From an uncultured Spirochaetaceae bacterium (GTDB lineage: Bacteria; Spirochaetota; Spirochaetia; SZUA-6; Fen-1364), in contig CAYGXO010000095.1 of NCBI GenBank assembly GCA_964353885.1, positions 488-64,487 of the forward strand: DNA of 64,000 nt, read 5' to 3'. Shown here in pieces: positions 16,758-25,985 of this stretch (the first letter of the stretch is position 1; each line of letters opens with the position of its first letter). Both the position numbers and the translations under genes were made by a program. A model generated the notes under the pieces. The model made no database searches. It was not told where the DNA came from and saw nothing but the letters and a program-made list of their open reading frames with translations.

Positions 16758-18263
16758 ATGGGTTCGGAAGGCTTTCTGCTCGGCTTCGATGTCGGCAGCT
16801 CCTCCATCAAGGCGGCTCTGCTCGACGCCCGCACGGGAAGGCTCGCGGCCTCGGCCGTGTCGCCCAAGACGGAGCTGGCCATCGAAGCCAAGCGCCCTGG
16901 CTGGGCGGAGCAGGACCCCGAAGTGTGGTGGGAGAATGTCGTTGCCGCCTGTCGGGAGATACGCGCACAGGCGGGGAGCGGCTGCGAGGCGATTTCCGCG
17001 ATCGGCATCTCCTACCAGATGCACGGCCTGGTCCTGGTTGACGGCTCGGGGAAGGTCCTGCGGCCATCGATCATCTGGTGCGACAGCAGGGCCGTCGAGA
17101 TCGGCGAGAAGGCGTTCCGCCGGATCGGAGAGCAGGCCTGCCTCTCGCGGCTGCTCAACTCGCCGGGCAATTTCACCGCATCGAAGCTGGCATGGGTGAA
17201 GGAGAACGAGCCGGAGATCTTCCGCCGGGCCGCCAAGGCAATGCTGCCGGGCGACTACATTGCGATGCGCATGACGGGCGAGGCGCGCACGACCCCCTCC
17301 GGCCTTTCTGAAGGGATCCTCTGGGACTTCTCGAAAGGCGGGATCGCTGACATCGTGCTCGACGCGTACGGCATTCCCCGAGAGCTCGTTCCCGAGACCG
17401 TCCCCACGTTCTCAGCCCAAGGAGGGCTCACCGTCGACGCTGCCTCCGCGCTCGGACTGCGCAAGGGCATCCCCATCACCTATAGGGCGGGCGATCAGCC
17501 CAACAATGCCTTCTCGCTGAACGTCCTGGATCCAGGGGAGGTGGCGACCACGGCGGGCACCTCGGGCGTGGTCTATGGCGTCTCTGGCTCGCCCCGGCAC
17601 GACCCCCAGTCGCGCGTGAACACGTTCGTGCATGTCACGCACACTCCCGCGGCGCCGCGCTACGGGGTGCTGCTCTGCGTGAACGGCACGGGCATCCTCA
17701 ACAGCTGGATCAGGGCCACCCTCATGGGGCGCGGCAGCGCCATCCCCTACGACGAGCTGAATCGCATCGCGGCGGAGGCCCCCGTCGGCTCGGATGGCCT
17801 CGCGATCCTTCCCTACGGCAATGGGGCGGAGCGGACTCTCGCGAACCGCAACCCGGGCGCAGGCATCGACGGCCTCGACTTCAACAGGCATGGGATCGCC
17901 CACGTGCTCCGAGCTGCGCAGGAAGGGATCGTCTTCGCCCTCCAGCACGGCCTGGAGATCATGAAGGGCATGGGAATAGAGGCTGCCACAGTGCGGGCGG
18001 GTTACGCGAATATGTTCCTGAGCCCTTTGTTCCGGCAGGCTTTCTCGACTGTGACCGGCGCCCGGGTCGAACTCTACAGTACGGACGGGGCGCAGGGGGC
18101 TGCCCGGGGCGCGGGCGTGGGCGCGGGGGTCTACGGGGGCGTGCGTGATGCATTTGCGGGGCTTTCGGCCGTTCAGACCGTGGAGCCGGACTCTGGGACG
18201 ATCGCCGCGTACCGCGACGCCTACGGCAGGTGGAAGGAGGCTCTCGGACGGGCGCTGGGGTAG
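16758..18263 (+). CDS. FGGY family carbohydrate kinase (xylulokinase-like)
   Basis: 501 aa from the verified ATG at 16758, with RBS AGGAGGGA. Contains GFDVGSSSIKAALLD, ISYQMHGLVLVD, GDQPNNAFS and TTAGTSGVVYG. The upstream 164 codons of the track ORF are antisense shadow. Confidence 0.88.
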   Translation: MGSEGFLLGFDVGSSSIKAALLDARTGRLAASAVSPKTELAIEAKRPGWAEQDPEVWWENVVAACREIRAQAGSGCEAISAIGISYQMHGLVLVDGSGKVLRPSIIWCDSRAVEIGEKAFRRIGEQACLSRLLNSPGNFTASKLAWVKENEPEIFRRAAKAMLPGDYIAMRMTGEARTTPSGLSEGILWDFSKGGIADIVLDAYGIPRELVPETVPTFSAQGGLTVDAASALGLRKGIPITYRAGDQPNNAFSLNVLDPGEVATTAGTSGVVYGVSGSPRHDPQSRVNTFVHVTHTPAAPRYGVLLCVNGTGILNSWIRATLMGRGSAIPYDELNRIAAEAPVGSDGLAILPYGNGAERTLANRNPGAGIDGLDFNRHGIAHVLRAAQEGIVFALQHGLEIMKGMGIEAATVRAGYANMFLSPLFRQAFSTVTGARVELYSTDGAQGAARGAGVGAGVYGGVRDAFAGLSAVQTVEPDSGTIAAYRDAYGRWKEALGRALG

Positions 18264-18290
18264 CGGGGGGGTCCCTCGAGGCTCAGGCGC

Positions 18291-18911
18291 TCATCGGCCT
18301 TCAAGCTCATGGATCATGCGGAAGAAGGAAAATCGGCGGTGGCTGCTGCCGCCCAGGTCGATTTCGCGCCTTGTTCCGTCGGAGCGAAACCCGAGTCGCT
18401 CGTAGAGGCTCACGGCTTCCTCGTTGTCCGTTTCCACGTCGAGCACGATTGCCTGTGCGCCCTCACGGGCCGCCTGCCTCTCGGCATGGCTGATCAGAAG
18501 GGAGCCGATCCCTCTGCCCTGGAGCTCGGGGTAGACGGCGACATTGCTGAGATAGAACTCCTGGGGGGCGACAAACGACACGGCGGAACGCGCGGCCATC
18601 AGACGACCAAGGCGACCAAGGATGCCGGGCCCGAGCGCCAAGAACAGCGCTGCGCCCGTCCGCAGGTCCTGGGCTACTTTGTCACGGCCCGTGTAGCCCA
18701 GGAGCATCCCCGCGACCGCGTCTTTTGTCTCGGCGATCCAGGCGTGCTCGTGGCTGAACAGAGTGCCTCCTCCCGAGGCGAGATGCTCGAGTGCCCGGGC
18801 GACGCGCGGGCCGAACAGAGCGGTGAGGAACTCGTCGGCCGACGTGAGGATCAGCCTCCCGATGTGGGGAGCGTCGTTCGCGGTTGCCGGTCGGATGCTC
18901 GCTTCCCTCAT
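18291..18911 (-). CDS. GNAT family N-acetyltransferase
   Basis: 206 aa with the acetyl-CoA motif VYPELQGRGIGSLLI and ...AVSLYERLGF. Confidence 0.88.
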   Translation of the reverse strand: MREASIRPATANDAPHIGRLILTSADEFLTALFGPRVARALEHLASGGGTLFSHEHAWIAETKDAVAGMLLGYTGRDKVAQDLRTGAALFLALGPGILGRLGRLMAARSAVSFVAPQEFYLSNVAVYPELQGRGIGSLLISHAERQAAREGAQAIVLDVETDNEEAVSLYERLGFRSDGTRREIDLGGSSHRRFSFFRMIHELEGR

Positions 18912-18926
18912 GACGTTCAGAGCCGC

Positions 18927-20534
18927 TCAGCGCAGCGGAATCCCCGCGGTGAGCGGGCTTTCACGCTTGCCTCCGCTCATGATCTTCCTGCCGTTGATGA
19001 ACACGAACTCGATGCCCGATGGCGGCGCGCCGGGCCGCTCCGCGCTCGAGGCGTCCGTCACCTTCTCCCAGTCGAGGACGACGATGTCGGCGGCGAGCTT
19101 CTCTTTCAGCAGGCCTCGGTCCGCGATGCCGAACCGCTCAGCGGCCGCTCCGCTCATCTTCCGCACGGCTTCCTCCATGCGGAGCATCCGCCTGTCGCGC
19201 GCGATCTGGAGGAAACGGGGGAAGGAGCCCCGCGAGCTGAACCCCGGAGAGCCTGCCGAGAACAGGGAAGCGGGGTGCCGGGCAAGAGCGTCGAGGATCC
19301 CATCGGTCCCGCAGCGCTCGATCTGGATGCGCGCGCGACAGGCGCTGCGCCGGGCGATCTCGACGAGCGCGTTCGCGGGGCGCATCCTGAACTGCCGGGC
19401 GATCTCCGTCAGGCTCTTTCCCACGTACTCGGCGAGCGAGTCGTCGCCCGCTGCGCCCAGAGTGACGTCGTTCGCCGTGAGGCCGAGGCCGCGCTCCAGG
19501 AGGCGCAGCTCTTTGGCGAGCCGGCTGAGCGAGCCGCTCTCGTCGAGCGAGCCGGGCAGCCGCGCAATGAACCAGGGCGGGAGCAGAAGGCCGATGGGAA
19601 GCTCACGCTGCGGGCGGGGTGTGACATCGAAGCGGACATCCACGCCGTCGCCGATCGCGCGATCGATGGCCTTGAGCGCGGGCTCGCATGTCCGCCACGT
19701 CCTCGGGCCGGCGAAGAGCAGGTGCGAAATCTGAAGCCGGACGCCGGTCTGTCGGGCGAGGTCGAGAGCCTCGCGGAGGGCGACGAGGTTCTGGGGCTCG
19801 CCGAAAGGACGCGGCGGGACGCCTGGCGCGCGAGCGGAGTACGCGCGCAGGTGCACGACAAGGAGCTTTCCCTTGCGACGGACGAGGAGCGCGACCTCCT
19901 TCAGCTCGTCGAGCGGGGCGAACATCCCCGGGGCCTGCTGCAGCCCGAGCGAGACCCCTCGGGCGCCCTGGTCCAGAGAGCTCTCCAGCAGCCAGAGCAG
20001 CTCTTTTGTCTCGTAGGGATGCAGGGGCGACGGTTCGAGCCCCCGGATGGAGGCGCGCGCGGAGCCGTGGCCCGCGAGCAGCGCCAGATTGACGCAGGCG
20101 CCCGAGCTCGCCAGCCTATCGAAGAGCTCTTCGACGGTCTCCCACGGAGGGACGGGCGCCTCGCAGGGAAGCGTGGAGTGCATCTGCGCGCGGAATCCCG
20201 ACGCGCGGCGGAACCCCGCCGTGGAGCTTCCGCAGCAGCCGCCGACGGCCGTTGTGATGCCCTGGGCCACGAGGGGATGCTTCAGCTCGTCGCAGGTTTT
20301 CGGGAGAGCAATCGCGTCGAGATGGGACTGGGGATCGATGAAGCCCGGCGCGACGACCAGCCCTTCGCACTCGATGGCCGCGCCCGTCGCGCGGATCGGC
20401 CGCTCGGAGATCCGGTGGATCCTTCCCGCCCTGATGAGCAGGTTCGCCGACCGCGGCGCGCTCCCCGTTCCGTCGACGAGGAGGCCGTTTTTTAAAAGCA
20501 TGTCGGGAGGCTGCTTTCCGATTCTCGTCGCCAT
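18927..20534 (-). CDS. D-aminoacylase-like amidohydrolase (N-acyl-D-amino-acid deacylase family)
   Basis: 535 aa with MLLKNGLLVDGTG, LVVAPGFIDPQSHLD and TTAVGGCCG. The usual HxH reads QSH here. Confidence 0.8.
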   Translation of the reverse strand: MATRIGKQPPDMLLKNGLLVDGTGSAPRSANLLIRAGRIHRISERPIRATGAAIECEGLVVAPGFIDPQSHLDAIALPKTCDELKHPLVAQGITTAVGGCCGSSTAGFRRASGFRAQMHSTLPCEAPVPPWETVEELFDRLASSGACVNLALLAGHGSARASIRGLEPSPLHPYETKELLWLLESSLDQGARGVSLGLQQAPGMFAPLDELKEVALLVRRKGKLLVVHLRAYSARAPGVPPRPFGEPQNLVALREALDLARQTGVRLQISHLLFAGPRTWRTCEPALKAIDRAIGDGVDVRFDVTPRPQRELPIGLLLPPWFIARLPGSLDESGSLSRLAKELRLLERGLGLTANDVTLGAAGDDSLAEYVGKSLTEIARQFRMRPANALVEIARRSACRARIQIERCGTDGILDALARHPASLFSAGSPGFSSRGSFPRFLQIARDRRMLRMEEAVRKMSGAAAERFGIADRGLLKEKLAADIVVLDWEKVTDASSAERPGAPPSGIEFVFINGRKIMSGGKRESPLTAGIPLR

Positions 20535-20608
20535 GGCTCGGCCTCATAGATATCACGTCCGGGCGAGAATTGACAGACTCCGGGCAAACGCGCCACTGTA
20601 GGGAGATC

Positions 20609-21460
20609 ATGGTCGTCGTCGTGGGGGCCGTCAGCATCGACCTCATCGCGGTTCGCGAGAAGTTCCTCGATGGTACGTCGAACCCATCGGATATCCGCAT
20701 GGGTCTCGGCGGCGTGGGCTGGAGGGTATTCAGCAGCCTCGAGGCGCCGAAGCTGTTCATCACCGCGCTCGCCCGCGATCCCATTTCGCGCTACGCGCGC
20801 AAGGCCATGGGGGAGGAGGGCCTGGTCGCCGTTCAAGAGATCGCCGACAGGGAGGCGCGGCCCCCGCTGTACCTCGCGCTCATGGAAGCCGGGAGCCTGA
20901 AGGTGGGGGCTTCGGACTTTCGCATCATCGAGCGCGGTCTGGACCTCGCGTTCGTCCGGCGCCGGATCGGGAATCTCTCTGCCGCGGACTTCCTCGTGCT
21001 CGACGCGAACCTTTCCCCCCCGCTGCTCGCCGCGCTCGTGCAGGAGTTCGGGGTGCGCACCCGAGTCGTGTTCGAGCCCGTGTCTGTTGAGAAGGCGATA
21101 CGGCACGCCGCCGCTCTCCATGACCTTTTCCTCATGACTCCCACAGAAGAGGAGCTGAGCGCGATCATTCCCGGCGGAGAAGAGGCGATCCTGGCGTTCA
21201 TGCGGGAGAGAAGCGTCGCGAACCTCCTCGTGACCCGCGGCAGATCGGGCACGAGCCTGTACGGCGCCGCGGGGGCCGGCCCGTTCGGGCCGGAAGATTT
21301 CCCGCCGGGGCTCGTCGTTGAGGCGAGCAACACGACGGGGGCGGGCGATCTGCTCCTTGCCCATCTCCTGAGCCGCCTGCATCGCGGCATGCCGGTCGGC
21401 GTGGCGGTGCGCGAGGCGATGTCGGCGGTCGAGTCGTGCCTTCGGGAGGGAGCCCCATGA
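20609..21460 (+). CDS. psuK: PfkB-family kinase, probable pseudouridine kinase
   Basis: MVVVVGAVSIDLI..., with a C-terminal NTTGAGD motif. The ATG at 20609 was verified, with RBS GGGAGA. It is translationally coupled (ATGA) to psuG. The specificity is inferred from that coupling. Confidence 0.75.
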   Translation: MVVVVGAVSIDLIAVREKFLDGTSNPSDIRMGLGGVGWRVFSSLEAPKLFITALARDPISRYARKAMGEEGLVAVQEIADREARPPLYLALMEAGSLKVGASDFRIIERGLDLAFVRRRIGNLSAADFLVLDANLSPPLLAALVQEFGVRTRVVFEPVSVEKAIRHAAALHDLFLMTPTEEELSAIIPGGEEAILAFMRERSVANLLVTRGRSGTSLYGAAGAGPFGPEDFPPGLVVEASNTTGAGDLLLAHLLSRLHRGMPVGVAVREAMSAVESCLREGAP

Positions 21461-22356
21461 ACCGGTACCTCCGCCTGTCCGCAGAGGTGGCCGAGGCGCT
21501 CGCCGCGGCCCGGCCCGTCGTCGCCTTCGAGTCGACGATCATCAGCCACGGCATGCCCTACCCCCGCAATATCCAGACCGCCCTCGACGCGGAGGCGATC
21601 GCGCGGGAAGCGGGGGTCGTTCCCGCGACGGTCGCCGTGCTCGACGGCAGGATCGCTGTCGGCCTCGACCGCGGCGAGGTGGAGCGACTCGGGACTGAGC
21701 AGGGCCTGTTGAAGATCTCGCGCAGGGATCTGAGCGCGGCGCTCGCCCTGGGCAGGAGCGGGGCCACGACCGTGAGCGCGACAATGCTCGCCGCGCGCAT
21801 GGCCGGCATCGACCTATTCGCCACGGGCGGCATCGGCGGCGTGCATAGGGGCGCCTCCGAGAGCTTCGACGTCTCCGCGGATCTCTCGGAGCTGGCCTGC
21901 ACGCCGGTCTGCGTGGTATCGGCGGGCGCCAAGGCGATCCTCGACCTGCCGAAAACCCTCGAGGTCCTGGAAACCCTCGGGGTGCCGGTCATCGGCTACC
22001 GCACCTCCGAGTTTCCCGCCTTCTACTCCCGCTCGAGCGGGCTTCCGCTGGCTTTGAGGGCTGACGCTCCCGCCGAGGTTGCGGCGATCCTTCGTGCGCA
22101 CAGGGCGCTCGGGCTTCAGCAGGGAGTGCTCGTCGCGAACCCGATCCCGAAGGAATGGGAAATCCCCCGCGCGAGAATGGAGGAGCACATCGCGCGCGCT
22201 CTCTCCGACCTCGCCGCGCGCGGCGTGCGGGGCAAGGAGGTCACTCCCTTCCTGCTTGCCCGGATCGTGGAGCTCTCGGGCGGAGATTCCCTCGAAACGA
22301 ACGTGCATCTGTTCTACCACAACGTCAGGCTGGCCTGTGAGATCGCGCGCGCCTGA
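21457..22356 (+). CDS. psuG: pseudouridine-5'-phosphate glycosidase
   Basis: 299 aa with PVVAFESTIISHGMPYP, ATGGIGGVHRG and VVSAGAKAILD (PsuG / indigoidine synthase A-like family). Confidence 0.92.
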   Translation: MNRYLRLSAEVAEALAAARPVVAFESTIISHGMPYPRNIQTALDAEAIAREAGVVPATVAVLDGRIAVGLDRGEVERLGTEQGLLKISRRDLSAALALGRSGATTVSATMLAARMAGIDLFATGGIGGVHRGASESFDVSADLSELACTPVCVVSAGAKAILDLPKTLEVLETLGVPVIGYRTSEFPAFYSRSSGLPLALRADAPAEVAAILRAHRALGLQQGVLVANPIPKEWEIPRARMEEHIARALSDLAARGVRGKEVTPFLLARIVELSGGDSLETNVHLFYHNVRLACEIARA

Positions 22357-23341
22357 GCCCAGGTCCAGGGAGCCGGCCGGGGGGCGGCAGGGCGAGCGCC
22401 TCGAGGCAGTCGATCAGTACCGCGGCCTTGCCATCATTCTCATGGTGATCGCCAACCACCTCGCCGACATCACGAGCGTCCCCGCGTGGCTTAAGCACGC
22501 TCCCGACGTGGGGCTGACCCCCATCGACCTGATCGCGCCCATTTTCATTTTTGCGATCGGCCTGACCTTCGGGCCTTCCTATCGCGGCCGGCTCTCGCGT
22601 GACGGGCTGCCGCGGGCGTACGGCCATTTCCTTCGCCGGTCGCTCGCCCTGATCGGGATTGGCGCGATCATCAGCGCAGGGGAGATCATGGTCGGGCAGG
22701 GCGCGGGCAGGATGAGCTGGGGGGTGCTGCAGGCCATCGGCGCCGCTGGGCTGATTGCTCTGCCGCTCCTTGCCTTGCCGTCGGGATGGCGGGCGCTCGC
22801 CGGCCTGGCCCTTCTCGGCGCCTACCAGCTCCTGCTCGACGCGGTCTGGCTTCCCCTCGTTCTCGGCTCGGGGCACGGCGGCCTGCCCGGCTCTTTGAGC
22901 TGGGCGGCGATGCTCGTTCTGGCCACCGCGATCGCCGATCTGCTCCACCTCGGCAGGAAGGACCTCTTCGCGTGGGCGAACCTGGCTGCCCTCGCTGCCG
23001 GCATCGCTCTGGCCTTTCTTGTGCCAGTCAGCAAGAACCGCGTGTCGGCAAGCTACGTGCTCGTGAGCCTCGGGGCGAGCGGCATTCTGTTCATGGGGGT
23101 CCGGCTCGCTGTCGAGCGGCTCGGCGTGCGTCCGGCGTTCCTCGCCTGGTGGGGGGCCAACCCTCTCCTGCTCTACATCGGGCACTACCTGCTGCTGGCC
23201 GCCTTCGTTCTGCCGGGAGTCCCCTGGTGGCACGCGGAAGCGCCGCTTCTGCTCGCAGCGGCGCAGTCCGCTTTCCTCGTAGGCGCGCTCACAGTGTGCG
23301 CGTGGCTCCTCGCTCGCAAGGAACTGCGCGTCTCCCTGTGA
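22337..23341 (+). CDS. DUF1624/DUF5009-type membrane acyltransferase-like protein (heparan-alpha-glucosaminide N-acetyltransferase-like)
   Basis: Polytopic membrane protein. The conserved N-terminal motif RLEAVDQYRGLAIILMVIANHL precedes the first ATG (22442). The only canonical in-frame start upstream of it is GTG 22337, which overlaps the psuG end by 20 nt. The start is uncertain. Confidence 0.7.
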   Translation: MRSRAPEPRSREPAGGRQGERLEAVDQYRGLAIILMVIANHLADITSVPAWLKHAPDVGLTPIDLIAPIFIFAIGLTFGPSYRGRLSRDGLPRAYGHFLRRSLALIGIGAIISAGEIMVGQGAGRMSWGVLQAIGAAGLIALPLLALPSGWRALAGLALLGAYQLLLDAVWLPLVLGSGHGGLPGSLSWAAMLVLATAIADLLHLGRKDLFAWANLAALAAGIALAFLVPVSKNRVSASYVLVSLGASGILFMGVRLAVERLGVRPAFLAWWGANPLLLYIGHYLLLAAFVLPGVPWWHAEAPLLLAAAQSAFLVGALTVCAWLLARKELRVSL

Positions 23342-23432
23342 CGGATGCCCCGTCCCCCGAGCTTCGCGATGTCTTCATCGATATTGCCATCCCATTGCAT
23401 GTGTGCCCGAAAAGGTATATTTTCTATACAGC

Positions 23433-23702
23433 ATGGAGTTCGAGTTCGACTCCTCGAAAAGCGATTCCAATGCTCGGAAGCATGGCATCGACTTCATTGA
23501 GGCGCAGGACCTCTGGCATGATCCGGAATGGATTGAAATTCCTGTGCAGACGACGGATGAGCCCCGGCTCGTTGTTGTAGGCATGATCGGAGAAAAACAC
23601 TGGTCGGCCATCATCACCTATCGAGGTCGGAAAGTGCGGATCATTTCCGTGCGTCGTTCGAGGGAAGAGGAGAGAGCAATCTATGAAGGCCACGAGAGCT
23701 GA
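23433..23702 (+). CDS. brnT: BrnT family (DUF497) ribonuclease toxin
   Basis: 89 aa: MEFEFDSSKSDSNARKHGIDFIEAQDLWHDP...DEPRLVVVGMIGEKHWSAIITYRGRKVRIISVRRSREEERAIYE. Confidence 0.88.
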   Translation: MEFEFDSSKSDSNARKHGIDFIEAQDLWHDPEWIEIPVQTTDEPRLVVVGMIGEKHWSAIITYRGRKVRIISVRRSREEERAIYEGHES

Positions 23703-23973
23703 AGACCTGGATGTTCTCTTCGATGAGGGAAAGGACATCTCCGCATACCTCGATACGGCGGCTGCTCGTCGTTCGGGTTCCGAGCAGAAACGCGTCAACG
23801 TAGACTTCCCCGTTTGGATGGTCGTCTCGCTGGACAAGGTGGCCGCGAAACTGGGTATCCCTCGACAGTCCCTGATCAAGGTATGGATCGCTGATCGACT
23901 GGAATCCCGAGCAGCTCGAACCCAAGCGCCAGGGAGCAAGCGGAGAGCAGCCAGAAGTTCCCGGAAACGGTGA
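23683..23973 (+). CDS. brnA: BrnA-type (CopG/RHH-like) antitoxin
   Basis: 96 aa with VNVDFPVWMVVSLDKVAAKLGIPRQSLIKVWIADRLE. It overlaps brnT by 20 nt and has RBS GAGGAGAG. Confidence 0.82.
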   Translation: MKATRAEDLDVLFDEGKDISAYLDTAAARRSGSEQKRVNVDFPVWMVVSLDKVAAKLGIPRQSLIKVWIADRLESRAARTQAPGSKRRAARSSRKR

Positions 23974-24003
23974 GCCTTCCGCCGCTCGAACCGGCGAAGA
24001 GGC

Positions 24004-24441
24004 TCACACCTGGGCGAGGTGGTGCGCCACGTGCGTGATGTAGCTCTCGATCACCGCGGCGAGGCTCACGGGCTCCTTGTCGCCGATGCGGCACGGCGTG
24101 GACATCTTCGAGGCCGGTATCCGGCTCACAACGTGGGCGAGGTGAGCGTTCAACGCGCTCCACAGCTCGACCAGCGCGCGCCAGTCCTCGTGCATATAGT
24201 CCTGGACCTCGACCCACTTCTCCTGCTCGTACGCGGGGAAGGCGAGCTCGGCGGAGAGTTGGGCGCGCACGAAGCGCTGCGCGTTGTTGCCGGCCGAATC
24301 GATGAGGTGGCCGATGACCTCCTTCGCGCACCATTTCCCGGGGGAGGGCGCGCGCGAGACTCCGGGCTCGCTCATTGCCCTCAGCCGGCCGACCTCGCGG
24401 TCGCGGATCGCCAGGATCGAATCGCGTGCTTCGTTCTTCAT
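24004..24441 (-). CDS. DinB family protein
   Basis: 145 aa. WCAKEVIGHLIDSAGNNAQRF ... YITHVAHHLAQV is the spaced-His pattern of DinB-type four-helix bundles. Confidence 0.75.
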   Translation of the reverse strand: MKNEARDSILAIRDREVGRLRAMSEPGVSRAPSPGKWCAKEVIGHLIDSAGNNAQRFVRAQLSAELAFPAYEQEKWVEVQDYMHEDWRALVELWSALNAHLAHVVSRIPASKMSTPCRIGDKEPVSLAAVIESYITHVAHHLAQV

Positions 24442-24453
24442 GCTGCCTCCGCC

Positions 24454-25974
24454 CTACTTGCCCTTGAATCCAAGAAAATCCTCCTTCGTGACGTCCCTGA
24501 GGAGGTGGGTGTCGCCGAGAGCGATCCACAGGGTCGGGGCGTCACGCAGGTACTTCTGAGCCGCGCGCACCACGTCCTCGGCGCCCACCGCGTCGATCCT
24601 CTCCATCATGAGCAGGTAGTCGCGGTAGTCGCCCTGATAGACGATCGAGGAGGAGATCTGGGAGGCGACCGAGATGTTGGTCTGCTGGCTGGAGTAGAAC
24701 CGGGTGATGAACTGCCGCTTGTAGAAGGGGAGGGCTTCAGCGATGGGGACGTACACACCCTTCTGCGCCTTCACATCGACCTCTCTGCCGATCCCGCTCT
24801 TGCCTTCGGCGGACGCGGATACCTTCCCCGAAAGGCTCTGCCCCCGAAGAAGCACGGCGATCGCCTCGTCCACGTACTCCTTCACCTTCCCCGGTACCGA
24901 GGTCTGGTAGACGGTGATGTCCCCGTAGCTCGCCGTGAATCCGTGGACGGTGGACCAGACGCTGTAGCAGGCTCCCTTCTGCGTGCGCACAATCTCGAAC
25001 AGCAGGTCGTCGAGGAGGCTGAAAGCCACCAGCACGGCAGGGTACTCGGGGCTGTCGGGAGAGGGAAGGGCGAAGTCGCCCCGCACGTAGGCCGTTCCTT
25101 CCGCCTCGTCGAAGGGCTCCACGACGAGGTCGGGTTTCACCGTCCCCGCGAACAAGGGGACGGGAGGTCTCGAGAAGGGTTTTCGCGGCATGGCCCCGAA
25201 TGTCGCGTTCAGTGATTTGAGCAGCTTCGCGGGCTCGAAGTTGCCCACGGCGACGAGGATGAGCCGGCCCGAGCTCACAGTACGCTCGTAGTAGGACTTC
25301 ACGTCGTCGAGGGTGATCGATTCGAGCGATTCGCCCGCGCCGTCCCACGCCGCCGCATAAGGATGTCCGTAGAAGAACTCCTCGTGCAGCAGCCGCACGG
25401 TCCGCTGCCACGGATCGTTCTCCGCCTCCTGCTTGGCCACCTTGAAGTCGTTCATGACCCGGGGGAACTCCTCCGCGTTCCACGCGGGATGGAGGAAGGC
25501 GTCCGCGAAGACGGCGAAAAGCTCGTCGAAATACGAGTCGACGGTGATGAGGTCGAAGGAGGTCGCGTCGAAGGATGCGTACGAGGGCCCGATGGAGGAG
25601 GACTTCTCGAAGAGGATGCGCTGGAACTCGGGATAGGGGTAGCGGGCCGAGCCGCGCGTGAGCATCCGCAGGGTCACCGCCTCGAGTCCCGCCTTCTCGA
25701 CGGGGGTGAGCGAGACATGCCCCAGCAGCACCGCTTTTAGGGTGAGAATCCGGTTCGTCGTGCTGCGCTTGATGACGACGGGGATGCCGTTGTCGAGGGA
25801 GGCGAGGGTGAAGGAGGGAAGGTTCTCCGCGGCGAACGCGTTGAGGCCGCCCGCTTCGATGGCCTTCTGCTGCCGGGTCAGCTCGACCGGCTGCGCGCCC
25901 GCGCGAATGCTCGTGCAGACGGTCGCGCTGACGATGAACAGGACGGCCGCTCTTCGAAGGATGGTCTGGCGCAT
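24454..25974 (-). CDS. M16 family peptidase, non-catalytic (beta-like) subunit, exported
   Basis: 506 aa from the verified ATG at 25974. It has a signal peptide (MRQTILRRAAVLFIVSATVCTSIRAGA) and the M16 fold layout, but lacks an HxxEH motif. Confidence 0.8.
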   Translation of the reverse strand: MRQTILRRAAVLFIVSATVCTSIRAGAQPVELTRQQKAIEAGGLNAFAAENLPSFTLASLDNGIPVVIKRSTTNRILTLKAVLLGHVSLTPVEKAGLEAVTLRMLTRGSARYPYPEFQRILFEKSSSIGPSYASFDATSFDLITVDSYFDELFAVFADAFLHPAWNAEEFPRVMNDFKVAKQEAENDPWQRTVRLLHEEFFYGHPYAAAWDGAGESLESITLDDVKSYYERTVSSGRLILVAVGNFEPAKLLKSLNATFGAMPRKPFSRPPVPLFAGTVKPDLVVEPFDEAEGTAYVRGDFALPSPDSPEYPAVLVAFSLLDDLLFEIVRTQKGACYSVWSTVHGFTASYGDITVYQTSVPGKVKEYVDEAIAVLLRGQSLSGKVSASAEGKSGIGREVDVKAQKGVYVPIAEALPFYKRQFITRFYSSQQTNISVASQISSSIVYQGDYRDYLLMMERIDAVGAEDVVRAAQKYLRDAPTLWIALGDTHLLRDVTKEDFLGFKGK

Positions 25975-25985
25975 AGTCGTTCCCC

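Noticed and set aside
18309-20495. 728-aa plus-strand ORF
   Set aside because: It is antisense to the GNAT and D-aminoacylase genes and is R/G/A/E-rich shadow sequence.
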